Assembly: GCA_938004015.1 (NCBI GenBank)
Contig: CALKWU010000215.1
Span: 22-64,021 of the forward strand
Reading direction: 5' to 3'
DNA: 64,000 bases
Source: an uncultured Oceanobacillus sp.
GTDB lineage: Bacteria > Bacillota > Bacilli > Bacillales > Amphibacillaceae
The notes under the pieces were generated by a model. That model saw nothing but the letters and a program-made list of their open reading frames with translations, had not been told where the DNA came from and ran no database searches. Below are positions 21,609-31,492 of this stretch, in pieces (position 1 is the stretch's first letter; each line of letters starts with the position of its first letter). The position numbers and the translations under genes were made by a program.

Positions 21609-21827
21609 ATGATTGAATTGAGAAAATTGAATGGAGATGTTTTTGCTTTAAACGCACTTTTGATTGAGCAGGTCCAGTCGATGCCGGATACGACGATAAC
21701 ATTGGTCAATGGAAAGAAAGTGATCGTCCAAAATTCACTTGAAGAAGTGCTTCAATTGGCGGAACAGTTTTACAAAGAAATTGGCCTGCAACGAGTATAT
21801 GAACAAGTAGGTGACGATGATGAGTAG
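21609..21827 (+). CDS. swrD: FlbD-family protein SwrD (YlzI)
   Basis: MIELRKLNG..F.LN..LIE....PDTTITL.NGKK. Confidence 0.92.
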   Translation: MIELRKLNGDVFALNALLIEQVQSMPDTTITLVNGKKVIVQNSLEEVLQLAEQFYKEIGLQRVYEQVGDDDE

Positions 21828-22236
21828 ATTAGTGAAAATTACGATGACTTCGATGGCTATTCTGTTAATTGCCGCAATCACTCTATTAATCATTGTTTTG
21901 AATGTGGACCGGGATGATGGAGACAGGGAATTGACGATTGATGAAATCGTGGAATATTCCTATGAGACCCCGGAAATCACGACTGACCTAAATGACGGCA
22001 CCTTTGTGCGGGTCCAATTTCATATTGTGACAGATGGAAAGGAAGCACATGAAGAAGTTAGCAAACGGGATTTTCAATTGGTGAACATCTTGATCAAGGA
22101 ATTGGCGGTCATGAATGAAGAAGATTTCAAAGAAGGTTTGACGGAACTTGAGACGGCCATTAAAGATCGCTTGAATGAAGTGATGACAGAAGGTACGATT
22201 ACAGATGTGTATACAATCAACAAAATTTTACAATAG
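21820..22236 (+). CDS. fliL: Basal-body associated FliL
   Basis: N-terminal TM, EITTDL, DVYTINKILQ. Confidence 0.92.
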   Translation: MSRLVKITMTSMAILLIAAITLLIIVLNVDRDDGDRELTIDEIVEYSYETPEITTDLNDGTFVRVQFHIVTDGKEAHEEVSKRDFQLVNILIKELAVMNEEDFKEGLTELETAIKDRLNEVMTEGTITDVYTINKILQ

Positions 22237-22260
22237 AGCTTTCGATCAGGGGGTGAGAGG

Positions 22261-23256
22261 ATGGAAGAAATCCTATCGCAAAGCGAAATAGATGTGCTTC
22301 TTTCTGCGATCACATCTGGGGAAATGGATGCAGAAGAATTGAAGAAGGAAGAAGAAGAAAAAAAGATCCGTGTCTATGATTTCAAACGGGCCTTGCGTTT
22401 TTCGAAAGACCAAATCCGTTCGATTGCGCGGATTCATGAAAACTATGCGCGGATGTTGACCACTTTTCTCTCTTCCCAATTGCGATCATATGTACATATT
22501 TCGGTTACTTCAGTCGACCAAGTACCTTATGAAGAGTTCGTCCGTTCCATTGCATCATTGACCGTCTTAAACATATACAGCATGGCTCCTTTGAAAGGGA
22601 ATTTGTTGATGGAAATCAATCAGAATGTGGCCTATGCGCTCCTTGACCGGATTTTAGGCGGCAAGGGGACATCCTTTTCCAAGGATGATAGTTTGACGGA
22701 AATTGAAACATTATTATTGAGACAAATTTTTGAAAAAGCGACAGGCACGTTGAAAGAAGCTTGGTCTTCCCTGGTCGACGTGGATCCGGTTTTAGAAGAA
22801 TTTGAAGAAAATCCACAATTCATCCAAATGGTCGCCCCAAATGATACGGTCATCGTCGTTTCGATGTCGGCCGAAATAGGGGAAACTTCGGGTATGATCA
22901 ATCTCTGCATTCCCCATACGTTATTGGAACCGATCATCCCCAAATTATCCGCCCATTATTGGATGGACAATACAGCAGAAGAACGAGATGAAGAAGCATA
23001 TAAAAAACTCAGCAAAAATTTGCAAGCAGCAAAAGTGGATGTTCGTGCCATTCTCGGAGAAACACAAATTACGATAGATGAATTTTTGAAGTTGAAAATA
23101 GATGACGTCATCGTATTGAATCAAGAAATCGACGATCCGCTTTTAATGACGATCAATCGTGAACCGAAATTCCACGTCCAGCCTGGAACAGCGAAGAAAA
23201 AAATGGCGGTGCAAATTTTGAATGAAATTAAAAAGGGGGTAAACGCCCATGAATGA
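22261..23256 (+). CDS. fliM: Motor switch protein FliM
   Basis: LSQSEID, YDFKRA, C-terminal SPOA domain. Confidence 0.96.
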   Translation: MEEILSQSEIDVLLSAITSGEMDAEELKKEEEEKKIRVYDFKRALRFSKDQIRSIARIHENYARMLTTFLSSQLRSYVHISVTSVDQVPYEEFVRSIASLTVLNIYSMAPLKGNLLMEINQNVAYALLDRILGGKGTSFSKDDSLTEIETLLLRQIFEKATGTLKEAWSSLVDVDPVLEEFEENPQFIQMVAPNDTVIVVSMSAEIGETSGMINLCIPHTLLEPIIPKLSAHYWMDNTAEERDEEAYKKLSKNLQAAKVDVRAILGETQITIDEFLKLKIDDVIVLNQEIDDPLLMTINREPKFHVQPGTAKKKMAVQILNEIKKGVNAHE

Positions 23257-24460
23257 TGATAAGCTTTCTCAAGACGAAATCGATGCTCTTTTGAATATCA
23301 GTTCTGATACGGATACTGAAGATTCAGGAGGGGCAGAAGAACAAAAATATTTGACCGATATTGAAATCGACACCATTGGAGAAATCGGAAATATTTCGTT
23401 CGGGACTTCCGCAACGACATTATCAACGCTATTGAACCAAAAAGTGGAGATTACGACTCCTTCCGTCAGTATCATTGAAAGAGAAAAGTTGGCTGATGAA
23501 TTCACTTTTCAACCGGTCAGTATCCAAGTCGATTATACGAAAGGATTCACTGGTCGGAATGTTTTGGTCATCAAAGCTTCAGATGCCGCTATTATTGCAG
23601 ATATTATGCTTGGCGGCGACGGAACCAATCCGGATGAATCGTTGCCGGAAATCCATTTGAGTGCCGTCCAAGAAGTGATGAATCAAATGATGGGTACAGC
23701 TGCGACAAGTATGTCCACTGTATTCAACAAAAAAATCGACATTTCACCACCTTCCATCATCGAAGGTTCATTGGAAAGGGATATAGTTGATCTTTTCAAT
23801 GAAGACGTGTATGTGAAAGTTTTTTTCCGGTTCATCGTTGGAGATTTAATCGATTCGAACATGACACAGCTCATGCCAATCAGTTTTGCGAAAGAGATGG
23901 TGGAACAACTTCTTAAAAGTCAAGCGCATTCGGCACCAGTCGAAGAAACGCAAGCGACGGAAGAAGTCGCTGCAACGACTGCGACAGTGGAAGAACCGGA
24001 AACTGTCATGGTGGAAGGACAGCGGGAGGATGAACAGGTGATTCAACATAATCAGGAGCCTGAAATGATGCAACAGATGGTGTCAAGAGGTTCAGATGAA
24101 GTCCAGCACCTTGGACATACGGTCACCCATAAAGGAGACGCTGTTGTCGAGCAGGCGACTTTTTCTGAATTCGAACCGACACCACTTTCCGAAACGGAAA
24201 AGAGCAATTTAGGGATGTTACTCGATATCCCGTTGAAAATCACAGTTGAATTGGGGAAAACGAAAAAATCGATCAAAGAAATTTTGGAATTGACCCACGG
24301 CTCTATCGTAGAATTGGACAAGCTTGCAGGTGAACCTGTAGACATATTGGTGAATGGGAAATTAATCGCTGAAGGTGAAGTCGTTGTCATCGAAGAAAAT
24401 TTCGGTGTTCGGGTGACGGATATCATCAGTCAAACGGACCGGATTATGAAACTTAAATAA
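23249..24460 (+). CDS. fliY: Motor switch phosphatase FliY
   Basis: LSQDEIDAL, EIGN and EVMNQ CheC-type motifs, C-terminal FliN domain. Confidence 0.96.
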   Translation: MNDDKLSQDEIDALLNISSDTDTEDSGGAEEQKYLTDIEIDTIGEIGNISFGTSATTLSTLLNQKVEITTPSVSIIEREKLADEFTFQPVSIQVDYTKGFTGRNVLVIKASDAAIIADIMLGGDGTNPDESLPEIHLSAVQEVMNQMMGTAATSMSTVFNKKIDISPPSIIEGSLERDIVDLFNEDVYVKVFFRFIVGDLIDSNMTQLMPISFAKEMVEQLLKSQAHSAPVEETQATEEVAATTATVEEPETVMVEGQREDEQVIQHNQEPEMMQQMVSRGSDEVQHLGHTVTHKGDAVVEQATFSEFEPTPLSETEKSNLGMLLDIPLKITVELGKTKKSIKEILELTHGSIVELDKLAGEPVDILVNGKLIAEGEVVVIEENFGVRVTDIISQTDRIMKLK

Positions 24461-24483
24461 ACGCTTTTTAGGAGGAACTCAGG

Positions 24484-24846
24484 ATGTCAAAGAAAATATT
24501 GATCGTTGATGATGCAGCATTTATGCGGATGATGATTAAAGATATACTTACGAAAAATGGTTATGAAATTGCCGGAGAAGCACAAGACGGAAGAGAAGCG
24601 GTTGAAAAATATAAAGAATTGGAACCTGATCTCGTGACGATGGATATCACTATGCCTGAAATGGATGGAATCACTGCTTTGAAAGAAATAAAACAAATCG
24701 ATCCGGATGCCGTTGTCATCATGTGTTCTGCCATGGGACAGCAAGCGATGGTGATCGATGCGATTCAGGCGGGGGCGAAAGATTTCATCGTGAAGCCTTT
24801 CCAGGCAGATCGGGTGTTGGAAGCAATCGAGAAGGCCCTCAATTAA
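24484..24846 (+). CDS. cheY: Chemotaxis response regulator CheY
   Basis: IVDDAAFMR, MDITMPEMDG, VKPF. Confidence 0.96.
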   Translation: MSKKILIVDDAAFMRMMIKDILTKNGYEIAGEAQDGREAVEKYKELEPDLVTMDITMPEMDGITALKEIKQIDPDAVVIMCSAMGQQAMVIDAIQAGAKDFIVKPFQADRVLEAIEKALN

Positions 24847-24850
24847 GAAA

Positions 24851-25495
24851 ATGGCTATGAAAGTATACAAGAATTTCGTCATTTTCTTGGCAAGTTGTTT
24901 TATCCTTTTCGGGCTTCCACATCCATCACTGGCTGAGTCGGGTTTCGTTGATGAGTGCATCGAGAATCCGGAACTTTGTGAAGAACCGGAGATACAAGAA
25001 GAACAAAATGAGAACACGCAGTTGTTGGAACAGGAACAGACCGGATCATTATTCGTTGAAATTGTCAAAGTCGGATTAGCACTTCTCTTGGTAGTTGGCT
25101 TGATATACGCCTTTTTATACTTTTTACGGCGGAAAAACAAGTTGGGAAACAGGATCAAACACTTGGAGAATATTGGAGGAATAGCGGTAGGACAAAACAA
25201 ATCGGTCCAACTCGTCCGTTTAGGGAACCATTTATATTTGATAGGGGTCGGGGATGATATCACCCTACTGCAGGAAATCAAGGACGAAAAATTGATTGAT
25301 GAGATTTTACAGGCAATGGAAGAAGAAGTTGGAGAAATAACGGTAAGCAACTTTTTATCAACGATTCTTCCAAGCCAATCAAGAGAAGAGGATGAACAAA
25401 CAAAATTCCGTCATCTATTCAAACAGGAGCTGAATAAGCTGCAAAAAAACCGGAAATCAATTATCGGGAAAAACAAGGAAGATCAAAATGAATGA
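24851..25495 (+). CDS. fliZ: Flagellar biosynthesis protein FliZ/FliO
   Basis: Signal-like N-terminus, TM, NKSVQLVRLG..YLIGVG. Confidence 0.88.
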   Translation: MAMKVYKNFVIFLASCFILFGLPHPSLAESGFVDECIENPELCEEPEIQEEQNENTQLLEQEQTGSLFVEIVKVGLALLLVVGLIYAFLYFLRRKNKLGNRIKHLENIGGIAVGQNKSVQLVRLGNHLYLIGVGDDITLLQEIKDEKLIDEILQAMEEEVGEITVSNFLSTILPSQSREEDEQTKFRHLFKQELNKLQKNRKSIIGKNKEDQNE

Positions 25496-26153
25496 ATTCA
25501 TTGATATTTTTTCCAGTTCGGATCCAACAAATGTTTCAACAGCAGTCAAACTCATTCTTTTATTGACGGTTTTTTCGTTAGCTCCGGGAATTTTGATCTT
25601 GATGACGAGTTTCACACGGATTGTCATTGTCTTGTCCTTTGTCCGAACGTCGCTTGCCACGCAGCAAATGCCTCCAAACCAAGTGTTGATCGGAATTGCT
25701 TTGTTTTTGACGTTTTTCATTATGGCTCCGACTTTCCAAGAAGTTTATGACGAAGCACTTGAACCGCTTTTTGCCGAAGAAATCACACTTGACGAAGCAT
25801 ATGAGAACGCTAGTGTCCCGATGAAAGAATTTATGGCGAAACATACGCGGCAAAAGGATTTGGCGTTATTTATGGACTATTCCGGTGCTGAACCACCGGA
25901 ATCTGTGCAAGATATTCCGATGACGACGTTGATTCCGGCATTTGCCATCAGTGAATTGAAAACCGCATTCCAAATGGGTTTCATGATTTTTGTGCCGTTC
26001 CTCGTCATTGACATGGCTGTCGCAAGTATACTCATGTCGATGGGGATGATGATGTTGCCGCCGGTGATGATTTCCTTGCCTTTCAAAATATTGCTCTTTG
26101 TACTTGTGGATGGTTGGTACTTGATTACCCATTCTTTATTGAGTGGATTTTAA
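25488..26153 (+). CDS. fliP: Export gate protein FliP
   Basis: TSFTRI, PPNQV, MGMMMLPP, LVDGW. Confidence 0.97.
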   Translation: MNEFIDIFSSSDPTNVSTAVKLILLLTVFSLAPGILILMTSFTRIVIVLSFVRTSLATQQMPPNQVLIGIALFLTFFIMAPTFQEVYDEALEPLFAEEITLDEAYENASVPMKEFMAKHTRQKDLALFMDYSGAEPPESVQDIPMTTLIPAFAISELKTAFQMGFMIFVPFLVIDMAVASILMSMGMMMLPPVMISLPFKILLFVLVDGWYLITHSLLSGF

Positions 26154-26181
26154 AACAACGAACCAAAGAAGGTGGACATGA

Positions 26182-26451
26182 ATGACGAGTGAGTTTGTTT
26201 TGGCACTGGCTGAACGAGGCATCTATACGATTTTACTTGTCGCTGGTCCTTTGCTCTTATTAGCCTTGACCGTCGGACTATTAGTAAGTATTTTCCAAGC
26301 GACCACACAAATCCAGGAACAAACATTGGCGTTTATTCCCAAAATCATCGCTGTTTTGGTCGGCCTTGTCATTTTTGGTCCATGGATGCTTTCAAGGATG
26401 GTTGAGTTTGCTTCTGATATTTTCCAAAATCTCAATCTATTAGTAGGGTAA
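26182..26451 (+). CDS. fliQ: Export gate protein FliQ
   Basis: FQATTQIQEQTLAFIPK. Confidence 0.97.
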   Translation: MTSEFVLALAERGIYTILLVAGPLLLLALTVGLLVSIFQATTQIQEQTLAFIPKIIAVLVGLVIFGPWMLSRMVEFASDIFQNLNLLVG

Positions 26452-26454
26452 ACA

Positions 26455-27234
26455 ATGCTTGAATTGATAGAATTGAACATATTACCGATATTTTTACTTA
26501 TTTTTGCCCGTTTACTTGCATTTTTTATGGTCGTTCCATTGTTTTCATATCGGACGATACCGATTCCACTTCGGATTGGATTCAGTTTCTTTTTAGCTCT
26601 TATTCTATTTCAAACGTTGGACACGACATCCTTTACATTGGATCATACATATTTCTTCCTGGTGGCGAAAGAAGTGCTCGTCGGCTTATGCATCGGTTTG
26701 ATCGCATTCATCATCGTTTCCGCATTGCAAGTGGCAGGCGGATTTGTCGATTTCCAAATGGGATTTGCGATTGCGAATGTGGTCGACCCTCAGACAGGTG
26801 CACAAAGTCCGCTCACTGGACAATATTTTTACATGATTGCCTTGTTGTTTTTGCTCGTTGTGGATGGACACCATTTATTGATCGACGGGATCATGAACAG
26901 TTACCAGTTCATACCGATTGAAGCGTACATCCCTTTCCAGGACGGATCGATCGCCGACTTCATCATCCAGGTTTTCAATCATATGTTCATCATCGCCTTT
27001 CAAATGGCGATTCCTATTGTCGGGACGCTGTTTCTCGTCGACATCGCCTTAGGAATCATCGCTCGTACTGTACCGCAAGTGAACGTGTTTGTCGTCGGAT
27101 TGCCATTGAAAATTTCCGTCAGTTTCATCGCAATTTTCATCTTTCTTTCTCTTTATATTAACGCAGTGGAAAGTTTGTTCCAAGCGATGTTTCGGGCGAT
27201 GAGGGGGTTGATGCAATTATTCGGAGGTGGTTAA
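26455..27234 (+). CDS. fliR: Export gate protein FliR
   Basis: AGGFVDFQMGF, RTVPQVNVF. Confidence 0.96.
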   Translation: MLELIELNILPIFLLIFARLLAFFMVVPLFSYRTIPIPLRIGFSFFLALILFQTLDTTSFTLDHTYFFLVAKEVLVGLCIGLIAFIIVSALQVAGGFVDFQMGFAIANVVDPQTGAQSPLTGQYFYMIALLFLLVVDGHHLLIDGIMNSYQFIPIEAYIPFQDGSIADFIIQVFNHMFIIAFQMAIPIVGTLFLVDIALGIIARTVPQVNVFVVGLPLKISVSFIAIFIFLSLYINAVESLFQAMFRAMRGLMQLFGGG

Positions 27235-27235
27235 G

Positions 27236-28318
27236 ATGCAATTGAAAATGGATCTGCAATTTTTTGCCGGTGAGAAAACGGAAAAAGCCACCCCGAAAAA
27301 ACGTCAAGATGAACGGAGAAAAGGTCGAGTCGCCAAAAGTCAAGATATCAATACAGCGATATTACTGGCTCTTTGCTTTTTTGCATTGTTCATCTTCGGC
27401 GGCAAGATGTTGGAAACGATGCTTATGTTCTATGTGGAAGCATTTACGAATTTCATCCATTGGGACGTCACACCGGACACGGTGCAGAATGTGTTCAATG
27501 GAGCGACATTGGAAGCTGCGAAAGTCATTGCTCCCATAATGCTCGTTGCAATCATTGCCGGATTCAGTTCGAACTTGATCCAAACGCGGGGATTTTTAAT
27601 TTCCTCTGAACCGTTGAAATTTGATTTAAAACGGATTGACCCGATTCAAGGGGCAAAACGTATTTTTTCCATCCGGGCATTAGTGGAGTTGTTGAAATCA
27701 TTTTTGAAAATAACGGTAGTCGGTGTCATTACCTTCGCCGTCATTTGGTACTTCAAAGATGAAGTGTTGATGCTTGTTTTCAAAAATGCGGAAAGCGCCA
27801 TTATGCTTTTCGGAAGGGTCGCCATCGTCATGGGATTTGCGGCAACCATCGCCTTACTGTTTCTGGCTGTTCTCGATTATCTGTACCAACGCTATGACTT
27901 TGAAAAAAATATTCGTATGTCGAAACAAGATATTAAAGACGAATTCAAAAACATCGAAGGGGACCCGCTCATCAAATCGAAAATCAAAGAAAGGCAACGG
28001 TTGATAGCGACGAGACGCATGATGGCGGAAGTACCTGAAGCCGATGTCGTCATTACGAACCCGACGCATTATGCCGTTGCATTGAAATACGATGAAGAAA
28101 AAGCGAGTGCCCCCTTGGTCGTCGCTAAAGGTGTCAATCATGTTGCACGTAGAATCCGTGAAATTGCCGAGGAACATGATATTGTGACTGTAGAGAACAA
28201 ACCACTTGCACGTTCTCTCTATCAAATGGTGGAAATCGGAGAAGAAATACCGGAAGAATTTTATCAAGCGGTAGCGGAAGTTCTCGCATATGTATACCAA
28301 TTGGAGAACAAAGTGTAA
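27236..28318 (+). CDS. flhB: Export switch protein FlhB
   Basis: EKTEKATPKK, EGDP, NPTH autocleavage motif. Confidence 0.97.
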   Translation: MQLKMDLQFFAGEKTEKATPKKRQDERRKGRVAKSQDINTAILLALCFFALFIFGGKMLETMLMFYVEAFTNFIHWDVTPDTVQNVFNGATLEAAKVIAPIMLVAIIAGFSSNLIQTRGFLISSEPLKFDLKRIDPIQGAKRIFSIRALVELLKSFLKITVVGVITFAVIWYFKDEVLMLVFKNAESAIMLFGRVAIVMGFAATIALLFLAVLDYLYQRYDFEKNIRMSKQDIKDEFKNIEGDPLIKSKIKERQRLIATRRMMAEVPEADVVITNPTHYAVALKYDEEKASAPLVVAKGVNHVARRIREIAEEHDIVTVENKPLARSLYQMVEIGEEIPEEFYQAVAEVLAYVYQLENKV

Positions 28319-28337
28319 TGTTGAGGAGAGACTTGGA

Positions 28338-30371
28338 ATGAAGCCACGTGATTTAACTGTATTAATTGGAGTTATTTTAATTATATTGATGCTTGTCATC
28401 CCGCTTCCGGGAGGCATTTTGAGTGTTTTGATATTGGTGAATATCAGCATTTCTTTAATGGTCATCCTAGTAGCAATGAACACGACAGATGTCCTCCAAT
28501 TTTCGGTATTTCCGACACTCCTCTTATTAGTCACCTTATTCCGTTTAGGGCTGAACGTTTCCACAACAAGAGCAATCCTTGCAAGAGGAGACGCTGGTGG
28601 CGTCGTTGATACATTCGGTTCTTTTGTCATTGGCGATAACCCATTGGTAGGGTTTGTCGTTTTCATCATCCTCGTTATCATCAACTTCATCGTCATTACA
28701 AAGGGTGCCGAGCGGGTATCGGAAGTTGCTGCAAGATTTTCTTTGGATTCGATGCCTGGAAAGCAAATGAGTGTCGATGCGGATTTGAATGCAGGTATCA
28801 TAACGGAGCAAGAAGCGAAAGAGCGTCGGAAAAATATTGAAAAAGAAGCAGACTTCCATGGGGCGATGGACGGTGCGAGTAAATTCGTTAAAGGTGATGC
28901 TATCGCTTCGATTATTACTGTTCTCATAAATATCATTTTTGGAATCATCATCGGGATGGTTCAAATGGGACTTTCTTTCGGGGAATCTGTCAATTTGTTC
29001 ACACGCTTGACAGTTGGGGACGGTTTAGTGCAACAAATACCCGCATTATTAATGTCCACGGCGACAGGAATTGTCGTTACACGTTCCAGTGATGGCAACA
29101 ATTTGAGTGCGGATGTCGTCAGTCAGATGACCCAATATCCGAAACTGTTGTACGTCGCTGCAGGCGCCATATTCCTATTAGGTTTGACACCGATTAATTT
29201 CTTCTTGACGACTTCCATTGCACTGCTTTTGGCATTATCCGGCTATATGATGCAAAGAACACCTGAACCGACGATGGAAGAAGAAGAGGAAGAAATCGAT
29301 GAGACGGAAACATCCCATCTCCGTTCTCCTGAAAATGTCGTCAATTTGATCAACTTGGATCCGATTGAATTTGAATTCGGTTATGCATTGATCCCTTTAG
29401 CCGATGCAAGCCAAGGTGGAGATCTGTTGGAACGCATCATCATGATCCGCAGACAATTGGCTATTGAAATCGGGATGGTCATTCCGGTCGTAAGGATCAG
29501 GGACAACATCCAATTGAATCCGAATGAATACCGCTTGAAAATAAAAGGTAATGAAGTCGCTCGGGGTGAACTGATGCTCGATCATTATTTAGCGATGGCT
29601 CCGGATATGGAAGACGACGGAATCGAAGGAATCGATACGAAAGAGCCGGCATTCGGGTTGCCGGCCAAATGGATCACCGAGGAGTATAAAGACGAAGCCG
29701 AATTATCCGGTTATACGGTGGTCGATCCACCATCTGTCGTTTCCACCCACATTACGGAAGTGATTAAACGCCACGCCCACGTCTTGCTCGGTCGTGAAGA
29801 AACAAAACAACTTATCGACCACTTGAAAGAAAGTCATCCGATTTTGGTGGAAGAAGTGACGCCAGATCCGCTTGCAATTGGTGATGTCCAGAAAGTGTTG
29901 GCGAAGTTGTTGCGGGAAAAAGTTTCCATCCGGAATCTTCCCGTCATTTTTGAAACGTTGGCAGACTTCGCGAAGATGACAAATGATACGGATTTGCTCG
30001 CTGAATATGTCAGACAAGCTTTATCATCACAAATAACGAAACAATATGCGAAAGAAGATAACACGATGACTGTAATCACCGTATCCGGCAGTGTCGAAAA
30101 GTTGATTGCGGAAAATATCCAGCAGACCGAACATGGCAATTACTTGTCTCTAGATCCGGAAAAACAACAAGAAATCATCATCAACATCCAGAAAGAAGTG
30201 GAAAAACTGCAACTTCGGGAGGAAACGGCGATTGTATTATGTTCGCCTGCAATCCGCATGTATCTGAAACAATTGCTTGAACGATTTCTTCCGGATGTCG
30301 TCGTATTGTCCTATAACGAATTGGAACCTGATGTGCAAGTCCAAAGCGTAGGGGTGGTGAATGTGGCATGA
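28338..30371 (+). CDS. flhA: Export protein FlhA
   Basis: EVAARFSLDSMPGKQM, GAMDGASKFVKGDA. Confidence 0.97.
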   Translation: MKPRDLTVLIGVILIILMLVIPLPGGILSVLILVNISISLMVILVAMNTTDVLQFSVFPTLLLLVTLFRLGLNVSTTRAILARGDAGGVVDTFGSFVIGDNPLVGFVVFIILVIINFIVITKGAERVSEVAARFSLDSMPGKQMSVDADLNAGIITEQEAKERRKNIEKEADFHGAMDGASKFVKGDAIASIITVLINIIFGIIIGMVQMGLSFGESVNLFTRLTVGDGLVQQIPALLMSTATGIVVTRSSDGNNLSADVVSQMTQYPKLLYVAAGAIFLLGLTPINFFLTTSIALLLALSGYMMQRTPEPTMEEEEEEIDETETSHLRSPENVVNLINLDPIEFEFGYALIPLADASQGGDLLERIIMIRRQLAIEIGMVIPVVRIRDNIQLNPNEYRLKIKGNEVARGELMLDHYLAMAPDMEDDGIEGIDTKEPAFGLPAKWITEEYKDEAELSGYTVVDPPSVVSTHITEVIKRHAHVLLGREETKQLIDHLKESHPILVEEVTPDPLAIGDVQKVLAKLLREKVSIRNLPVIFETLADFAKMTNDTDLLAEYVRQALSSQITKQYAKEDNTMTVITVSGSVEKLIAENIQQTEHGNYLSLDPEKQQEIIINIQKEVEKLQLREETAIVLCSPAIRMYLKQLLERFLPDVVVLSYNELEPDVQVQSVGVVNVA

Positions 30372-31492
30372 AAATAAAAAAATATATCGCTGATTCGATG
30401 CCGGAAGCGATGGATGTCATTCGAAAAGATTTGGGGACGGATGCGGTCATTTTGCAAACGAAACAAATCAAACAAAAACGGTTTCTCGGTTTGTTCCATA
30501 AGAAAAAAATAGAAGTCATTGCGGCAAAAGATCCGCACCCCTACCAAACGAAGAAAGAAGGAACGGCCGGAAATGCCGGACCCGCTGAAAAAGCAAAACC
30601 GCTCGTGCAAACCGGACAAACAGCGGAACATGAAATCCTTCAGGAAATCAAAAGTTTAAAAAAGATCATCGAATTGGAAACTTCAAACAAAGAACTGGAT
30701 TTGCCACCTGACTATAAAATTGCACATCATGCGTTATTGATGCAAGAAGTCGATCGCTCTTTGGCGGATGAAATCATTGCAGATGCGTTCGCAAAATTGG
30801 AATCGGAAAAAGAACCTGGACGCAAACGAATACAGCAAACGGTGAAAGGCTTGATCAATGACAGATTGAATAAACTTACTTTCGATGGAATAACGAATGA
30901 AGATAAAATCGTTCAATTTGTCGGTCCTACTGGAGTAGGTAAGACGACGACGATTGCAAAAATCGCTGCTCAACTGATGTTGAAAGAAAAAAAGCGCGTC
31001 GCCTTCATCACTACCGATACGTACCGGATTGCAGCGATTGAACAATTGAAGACCTATGCACGGATACTGAATGTCCCCCTAGAAGTCGCGTACAATATGG
31101 ATGATTACCATCAAGCGATAGAAAAATTGGCGGGTCATGATGTGATTCTTGTCGATACGGCTGGGAGAAACTTCCGGAATCCGACCTATATCGACCAGTT
31201 GAAAGAAATGATGGGCAATGTGACCGGTATTTCGACGTATTTGGTTTTAGCCCTGACGGCAAAACCGAAAGATATGGTTGGTTTGTTTGAACAATTCAAA
31301 CAAATTCCACTAAAAGAAGTCATTTTCACAAAAATGGATGAGACATCCCAATACGGTAGTATCTTATCGATTACGTTACCGAATGAAATCGGGATTGCCT
31401 ATATGACGAACGGGCAAGATGTGCCGGATGATCTCGTCAAACCAAATCCATCCTTGATCAGCGAACTGATTGTAGGTGACCTCCATGACTGA
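30368..31492 (+). CDS. flhF: SRP-like GTPase FlhF
   Basis: [35 protein letters not shown]. Confidence 0.96.
   Translation: MKIKKYIADSMPEAMDVIRKDLGTDAVILQTKQIKQKRFLGLFHKKKIEVIAAKDPHPYQTKKEGTAGNAGPAEKAKPLVQTGQTAEHEILQEIKSLKKIIELETSNKELDLPPDYKIAHHALLMQEVDRSLADEIIADAFAKLESEKEPGRKRIQQTVKGLINDRLNKLTFDGITNEDKIVQFVGPTGVGKTTTIAKIAAQLMLKEKKRVAFITTDTYRIAAIEQLKTYARILNVPLEVAYNMDDYHQAIEKLAGHDVILVDTAGRNFRNPTYIDQLKEMMGNVTGISTYLVLALTAKPKDMVGLFEQFKQIPLKEVIFTKMDETSQYGSILSITLPNEIGIAYMTNGQDVPDDLVKPNPSLISELIVGDLHD

Noticed and set aside
27854-28951. 365-aa minus-strand ORF, plus other long antisense ORFs (24487-25350, 47668-48495, 57394-58107, 60402-61043)
   Set aside because: These shadow conserved + strand genes. 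They have no recognisable motifs, and their length is explained by codon bias.
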